Source: Chloroflexota bacterium (GTDB lineage: Bacteria; Chloroflexota; UBA11872; VXOZ01). From it: a stretch of DNA of 64,000 nt. This document shows positions 58,870 through 64,000 of this stretch, one piece after another. The position numbers were made by a program, and so were the translations under genes. The DNA lies in the NCBI GenBank assembly GCA_963662335.2, contig CAXXVD010000005.1, forward strand, positions 224,001 through 288,000, written 5' to 3'. Numbering within the stretch: the stretch's first letter is position 1; the number at the start of each line of letters is the position of its first letter. The notes beneath the pieces were generated by a model. That model was not told where the DNA came from, did no database searches, and saw only the letters and a list, made by a program, of their open reading frames with translations.

Positions 58870-59952
58870 ATGGCAGACGCTATTCGCATCGGTGTCATCG
58901 GCACCGGTGTCTTTGGGATTAGCCACCTGCGGGTCTTCCAGCAGGCCGAGCGCGCCGGCCGCACGGCGCTGGTGGCCGCCTGCTCGTCCGGGCGCGACCC
59001 GGCGCGGGACGCCGAGCGCAAGGCGGAGTTCGGCATCCCCATCTACACCGACTGGCGGGAGATGCTCGACAAAGAGTCGCTGGACGCCGTTACCGTCGTA
59101 ACGCCGGACCATCTCCACCGGGAAATGACGGTCGAGGCCGCCAACCGCGGCCTGCACGTCCTCGTGGAGAAGCCGCTCGACGTCACCAGCGCCGGCTGCC
59201 GCGAGATCGTGGACGCCTGCCGCGCCAACAACGTATTCCTGCAAGTTGACTTCCACAAGCGCTACGACCCCTACCACATCGCCCTGGAACGCAAGTGCAA
59301 CGACGGCACGCTGGGCGAGGTGCTCTACGGCTACGTGCACATGGAAGACAAGATCGTCGTGCCGCGCGATTGGTTCCCCCACTGGGCGGGTTCCACCAGC
59401 CCGGCGTGGTTCCTGGGCGTGCACTTCTACGACCTCGTGCGCTGGTGCATCAAGAAGGAAGCGACGCGGGTCTACGCCACCGGCCACAAGAAGAAACTTG
59501 CCTCATTGGGAATTGACACGTTCGATTCCATCCAGGCGAAAGTTGAGTTCGAAGGCGGCGCGAGCGTCTTCTTCGATACCGGCTGGGTGCTGCCGGATTC
59601 GTTCGAGGCCATCGTGAACCAGTCCATCCGCCTCGTCGGCACGGAAGGCTTTGCCGAGGTTGACAGCCAGAACCGGGGCATGGAAGCGGCCAGTAACGCC
59701 GAGGGCATGCGCACCTACAACGAGGCCTTCATGCGCGAGGAAGAGGACAAACACGGCCGCGTGCTCTATCTCGGCTACGGCTACGAGAGCATTATGGACT
59801 TCGCGGACAACCTGGAATTCCTGCGCGAGGGCGGAACAATCGAGCAACTGGAAGGCCGCTATCCCAGCGGCGAAGACGCAATCGAGGTCACGAAGATCGC
59901 GGAGGCGGTGCACAAGAGCATCGAGACCGGCGCGATCGTGTCGCTCGCGTAA
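58870..59952 (+). CDS. Gfo/Idh/MocA family oxidoreductase
   Basis: IGTGVFG, TPDHLH, VEKP, DFHKRYDP, LGVHFYD; AGGAGG RBS. Confidence 0.93.
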   Translation: MADAIRIGVIGTGVFGISHLRVFQQAERAGRTALVAACSSGRDPARDAERKAEFGIPIYTDWREMLDKESLDAVTVVTPDHLHREMTVEAANRGLHVLVEKPLDVTSAGCREIVDACRANNVFLQVDFHKRYDPYHIALERKCNDGTLGEVLYGYVHMEDKIVVPRDWFPHWAGSTSPAWFLGVHFYDLVRWCIKKEATRVYATGHKKKLASLGIDTFDSIQAKVEFEGGASVFFDTGWVLPDSFEAIVNQSIRLVGTEGFAEVDSQNRGMEAASNAEGMRTYNEAFMREEEDKHGRVLYLGYGYESIMDFADNLEFLREGGTIEQLEGRYPSGEDAIEVTKIAEAVHKSIETGAIVSLA

Positions 59953-59965
59953 GGCTGGCTGTACA

Positions 59966-60535
59966 ATGGATGAACTCTTCCCCGGCTTCTACTGCTGGCG
60001 CGCGCCGATTCGTCCCGGCCGCGAGGCCTACAGCGTGTGGGTGGAGGGCGAACGCGAGAACGTGTTGATCGATCCGCTCACGCCGGAAGAGGGTCTGAGC
60101 CGGTTCAGCCATCCGAGCAAAGCCATCGTGGTGCTGCTGACCAACGGCAACCACGAGCGCGACGCGCATTCGTTCAAGCTGGCGCTGCGGGCGGAGATTT
60201 GGGCGCCGGCGGCGGCATTGCCCGACCTGGATCTCACGCCCGACCGGGTCTACGGCAGCGATGAAGACCTGCCGTGCGGCATCCGGGCGTTTCACCTGGA
60301 AGGCTCGCACTCGGCCGGCGAGACCGCCCTGCTCGTGCCGCGCGGCCCCGGCGTGCTCGTGATTGGCGACGGGCTGTTGGCGCATCCCAATGCGGAGTGG
60401 CGCGTATTTGTAGAGCACGAGCGCGCCGCCCTGGAGCCGCTGCGGGACTTAGCCTTCGACGCTTTGGTTACGTCCCACGGCGCGCCGGTGCGCAGCGGCG
60501 CGGCTGCGGGCTTGCGCGCATTCTTGGATGCTTGA
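59966..60535 (+). CDS. MBL-fold protein with a degenerate metal motif
   Basis: LIDP, LTNGNHERD, HSAGE, IGD, SHG. Confidence 0.75.
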   Translation: MDELFPGFYCWRAPIRPGREAYSVWVEGERENVLIDPLTPEEGLSRFSHPSKAIVVLLTNGNHERDAHSFKLALRAEIWAPAAALPDLDLTPDRVYGSDEDLPCGIRAFHLEGSHSAGETALLVPRGPGVLVIGDGLLAHPNAEWRVFVEHERAALEPLRDLAFDALVTSHGAPVRSGAAAGLRAFLDA

Positions 60536-60560
60536 TGCCAACGCGGCAGGCGTGAATGCG

Positions 60561-60624
60561 CCTAACTCGGGATAAACTACGTTAACAATGCTAATATGGC
60601 TAATCTGGCTAACTTTGCTATAAT
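60561..60624 (+). promoter_or_regulatory. Extended -10 promoter overlaid by a 9-10-bp-period GCTAA-like repeat array
   Basis: TGcTATAAT at 60616-60624; repeats at 60581, 60590, 60599, 60608, 60617. Confidence 0.7.
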
Positions 60625-60630
60625 AGGCGC

Positions 60631-61821
60631 ATGGATCCTATTCAGAACCCATACGCGCCGGGCGCGGGCACACGGCCGCCGGAACTTGCCGGCCGCGATG
60701 AAATCCGCGAGACCGCGCTGATTGCATTGGAGCGCATCCGTCGCGGACGCCCCAGCAAGAGCATGATCATGGTCGGCTTGCGGGGCGTCGGCAAGACCGT
60801 GCTGCTCAACCGCATCCAGGAAGACGCCGCGGCGCGCGGCATCTATACGGCGGAGATCGAAGCGCCGGAACTGCGTTCTCTGCCCGCCGCCTTAGCGCCC
60901 TATCTGCGGCGGATTGTGCTACAACTCTCGAAGCGAGAGGCGTCGCGCGAACTCGCGCAACGCGCCCTGCGCGGGGTTGCCGGGTTTGTGAGCACGCTCA
61001 AGGTGAAGTATCAGGATATCGAGGTCGGTCTGGACTTCTCGCCCGAACCCGGGTTAGCGGACAGCGGCGACCTGGAAGCGGACTTGCAGGACTTGTTCGG
61101 CGTCGTCGGCAACGCGGCACGAGCGGCTGACTCCTGCGTGGCGCTCTTCGTGGATGAGATTCAATACGTGAGAGAAGAAGAACTGGCGGCCTTGATCATT
61201 GCGCTGCACCGCACGTCCCAGCGCCAGTTGCCCGTCACCCTGATCGGGGCCGGGCTGCCGCAGGTGCGCGGCCGCACCGGCAAAGCCAAGTCTTACGCGG
61301 AAAGGCTCTTCGACTTTCCCGAAGTCGCGGCGCTTTCACCCGCGGACGCCAGGCGCGCCATCGCCAGACCGGCCCAGGCCGAAGGCGTGACGTTCGCGGA
61401 CGATGCGCTCAATGCCATCGTCTCGCAAACGAAAGGCTATCCTTACTTCCTGCAGGAGTGGGGCAAGCACGTGTGGGACGCGGCTGTATCCTCTCCCATT
61501 AGCGCCTGTGTGGTAGACGTTGCCGCCAAGCAAGCCATTTCGAGCCTGGACCGCAGTTTCTTTCGCGTCAGATTTGATAGACTAACACCAGCGGAGCGGC
61601 GGTATCTGCGCGCCATGGCGGAGCTAGGTCAAGGGCCGCACCGTTCCGGCGCGATTGCTCAGAAACTCGGCCGGGCCGTTTCGGCGCTGGCGCCGCTGCG
61701 CAGCAATCTCATCAGCAAGGGCATGGTGTGGAGCCCGGGGCACGGCGAAACCGACTTTACCGTGCCCATGTTCAATGAATTCCTGCTGCGCGTTATGCCG
61801 CCAGACAGCGGAGATAGTTAG
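60631..61821 (+). CDS. AAA+ ATPase with a C-terminal winged-helix-like domain
   Basis: NPYAPGAG, GLRGVGKT, LFVDEIQ, GYPYFLQ; C-terminal SGAIAQKLG...RSNLISKGMV. Confidence 0.88.
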   Translation: MDPIQNPYAPGAGTRPPELAGRDEIRETALIALERIRRGRPSKSMIMVGLRGVGKTVLLNRIQEDAAARGIYTAEIEAPELRSLPAALAPYLRRIVLQLSKREASRELAQRALRGVAGFVSTLKVKYQDIEVGLDFSPEPGLADSGDLEADLQDLFGVVGNAARAADSCVALFVDEIQYVREEELAALIIALHRTSQRQLPVTLIGAGLPQVRGRTGKAKSYAERLFDFPEVAALSPADARRAIARPAQAEGVTFADDALNAIVSQTKGYPYFLQEWGKHVWDAAVSSPISACVVDVAAKQAISSLDRSFFRVRFDRLTPAERRYLRAMAELGQGPHRSGAIAQKLGRAVSALAPLRSNLISKGMVWSPGHGETDFTVPMFNEFLLRVMPPDSGDS

Positions 61822-61958
61822 ACCACTTGCCAGCTTACATGGCGGCAATGGAGCAAGTGTCCTTGTGAGAAGAGTAGCCAACAAGCGTTGCACGAGGCTG
61901 CTTGAGCAGGCACTTTGAGATACGTAACGAAGTCACGAACACCTGAACCGGAGGAAAG

Positions 61959-63311
61959 ATGATGAAGACTAGCGCCCAATTGCGCGGCCCGGTAATCAAC
62001 ACCGAGTTGCCTGGCCCGCGCTCGCGCGAGATCAAGGAGATATCCGAGCAGTACGAGCCCAACGCCTCCAGCGAGCAGGTGCCAATCGTGTGGAAGCACG
62101 CCGAAGGCGTGTGGGCGACGGACATGGACGACAATACGTTCCTGGACTTCACCAGCGGCGTGCTGGTCGCCAACGCCGGCCACAGCCACCCGCGCCTGGT
62201 GCAGGCGATGCAGGAGCAGGCGGAACGCGCCGTCAACACCTACGACTTCCTCAACGAGTGGCGGCCGCAACTGGCCAAGAAGCTCGTGGAAATCACGCCG
62301 CCGAACCTCTCCCGCGCGATTGTGCTCTCCACCGGCGCGGAGACAATCGAAACGGCCATGAAGATCGCGCGCCTCTACACCGGCAAGCACGAGATCGTGG
62401 CCTTCCACGGCGCGTTCCACGGCCGCACGTTCGGCGCCATGTCCGTGAACGGCAAGCGCTCCAGCCCCGGCATCAAGGGGTTTGGGCCGTTCCTGCCCGG
62501 CGTGGTCTTCGCGCCGTTTCCCTATCCCTACCGCAGCATCCTCTGCCGCGGCCATGAAGAGGAGTGCAGCGAACGCTGCTTCGAGTACTTCAAGTGGATC
62601 ATCGAGACCGAAACCGAGAAAGACGTGGCCGCGGTGCTGGTGGAAACCTACCAGGGCGCGGCCGGCTCGATCATCGCGCCCAAGGACTGGCTGCAAAACA
62701 TCGCGCAGTGGTGCAAGGAGAACGGCGCGGTGCTCATCATCGACGAGGTGCAGGCGTCGTTCGGGCGCACCGGCAAGCTCTTCGGCTTCGAGCACTACGA
62801 AATCGAGCCGAACCTGCTCTGCCTGGGCAAGGGCATCTCATCCACGGTGCCGGTATCGGCGGTCGTGGGCGAAGAGGACATCATGAGCGTCCTGACACCG
62901 GGCTCCGTCTCCAGCACCCACGGCGGCAACGCCTTTTCGAGCCGCGTGGCGCTGGAGAACATCAACGTGATCCTGGAAGAGAACCTGTCCGACAACGCCG
63001 CCCGCGTCGGCGCCGTGCTGGACGCGCGCTTCCGCGCGATGCAGGACAAGTACCCGGTCATCGGCGAGGTGCGCGGGCTCGGCCTGGTCTTCGGCCTCGA
63101 GTTGGTCAAAGACCCCGACACCCGCGAACCGGCGCCGGAACTCACGCAAGCCATCGTCGACGAGGCCTTCAAGCGCGGCATCGTGATGATTGCCCCAATT
63201 GGCTTCCACGGCAACGTGATTCGCATCGCCCCGCCGCTGGTCATTACGGAAGAAGAGGCGCTGCTGGGCGCGGACATTCTCGAAGAGGCAATCGCCGCCG
63301 TAGTTGGTTAG
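61959..63311 (+). CDS. Class III aminotransferase (4-aminobutyrate aminotransferase-like)
   Basis: GHSHP, TGAE, FHGRT, DEVQASFGRTG, LGKG, STHGGN. Confidence 0.93.
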   Translation: MMKTSAQLRGPVINTELPGPRSREIKEISEQYEPNASSEQVPIVWKHAEGVWATDMDDNTFLDFTSGVLVANAGHSHPRLVQAMQEQAERAVNTYDFLNEWRPQLAKKLVEITPPNLSRAIVLSTGAETIETAMKIARLYTGKHEIVAFHGAFHGRTFGAMSVNGKRSSPGIKGFGPFLPGVVFAPFPYPYRSILCRGHEEECSERCFEYFKWIIETETEKDVAAVLVETYQGAAGSIIAPKDWLQNIAQWCKENGAVLIIDEVQASFGRTGKLFGFEHYEIEPNLLCLGKGISSTVPVSAVVGEEDIMSVLTPGSVSSTHGGNAFSSRVALENINVILEENLSDNAARVGAVLDARFRAMQDKYPVIGEVRGLGLVFGLELVKDPDTREPAPELTQAIVDEAFKRGIVMIAPIGFHGNVIRIAPPLVITEEEALLGADILEEAIAAVVG

Positions 63312-63390
63312 GCCCTCTACTAGGTGAGCGTAGTTCTTTGGAGCGTCTTCTACGTCCTGGTTCGTCCGACCTGCATAAGGAGCAAAGGCA

Positions 63391-63813
63391 ATGTCAGATT
63401 TGTTCGTCACCGAACTCAATTACCTGGCAATCCTGGCGGCGGGCATCAGCAACATGGTGCTGGGATTCCTGTGGTACGGGCCAATCTTCGGCAATAAGTG
63501 GATGGGACTGATTGGCAAGACTGCGGACGACCTGAATCCCAACCCCATGATCTACGTGGTCTCGTTCCTGCTCTCGTTGCTCATGGCGCTCGCGCTTTCC
63601 ATCTTCATCCACCACGTCAACGCCAGCATCCAGGCGATGAGCCTTCTCATTGGCCTTATTGTCGGTCTTATGGCGTGGGTCGGCTTCGTGGGCCCGGCGA
63701 CCTTTCAAAACAACATGTACTCCGGCATCTCGAAGAAACTCTACGCCATCGACTACGGCTACGTGCTGGTTGCGCTCGCCATCCAAGGCGCGATCATCGG
63801 TGTGTGGCGCTGA
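63391..63813 (+). CDS. DUF1761-type small membrane protein
   Basis: NYLAILAA, GFLWYGPIFGNKW, IDYGY. Confidence 0.85.
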   Translation: MSDLFVTELNYLAILAAGISNMVLGFLWYGPIFGNKWMGLIGKTADDLNPNPMIYVVSFLLSLLMALALSIFIHHVNASIQAMSLLIGLIVGLMAWVGFVGPATFQNNMYSGISKKLYAIDYGYVLVALAIQGAIIGVWR

Positions 63814-63884
63814 AGCCGAACAGTTCGCTCCAAGCATAGCGCCCTGCCGCGGGCCTCAATAGAACCAAGCGGAGCAAATAGCGC

Positions 63885-64000
63885 ATGGCGAACATGACCG
63901 GCGGCGAAGCCCTCGTAAAATCCCTGGCGCGCGAGGGTGTTGAAGTGGTGTTCGGCATCCCGGGGATTCACATGTCCGGCATCATCACCGCGCTGCGGGA
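63885..64000 (+). CDS. Thiamine-pyrophosphate-binding enzyme, 5' end (runs off window edge)
   Basis: MANMTGGEALVKSLAREGVEVVFGIPGIH, a typical acetolactate-synthase-family N-terminus. Confidence 0.85.
   Translation, partial: MANMTGGEALVKSLAREGVEVVFGIPGIHMSGIITALR

Overview
GC-rich bacterial chromosomal segment, most likely from a member of Chloroflexota (inferred from the DnaN N-terminus, ObgE with C-terminal extension, gene order and many Gfo/Idh/MocA, SDR and sulfatase genes; not verified). Housekeeping genes are thrS (5' part), thiL-tsaE-tsaB-rimI-tsaD, thiD, dnaN, infC, pdxST and obgE. They are interspersed with catabolic genes and a molybdenum formate-dehydrogenase-like module: mobA, a UGA/selenocysteine catalytic subunit with a SECIS hairpin, a NuoE-NuoF fusion, a separately encoded Fe-S subunit, and fdhD. 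Intergenic DNA holds several REP-like palindrome families and short MITE-like elements; no transposase, CRISPR array, tRNA or rRNA was seen. Best leads: (1) an unannotated ~140-nt pseudoknot-capable structured RNA between divergent promoters at 23133-23274; (2) a membrane-tethered ECF-sigma/beta-propeller fusion with degenerate sigma motifs; (3) an AAA+/winged-helix ATPase whose apparently leaderless promoter is overlaid by a 9-bp-period repeat array; (4) a thrS leader with terminator/antiterminator, a broken T-box-like motif and a Thr-Thr uORF; (5) the split, order-permuted Sec formate dehydrogenase; (6) a pseudo-PP2C/TM/beta-propeller protein; (7) AUA initiation of infC. All calls come from reading the sequence by eye; no searches were run.
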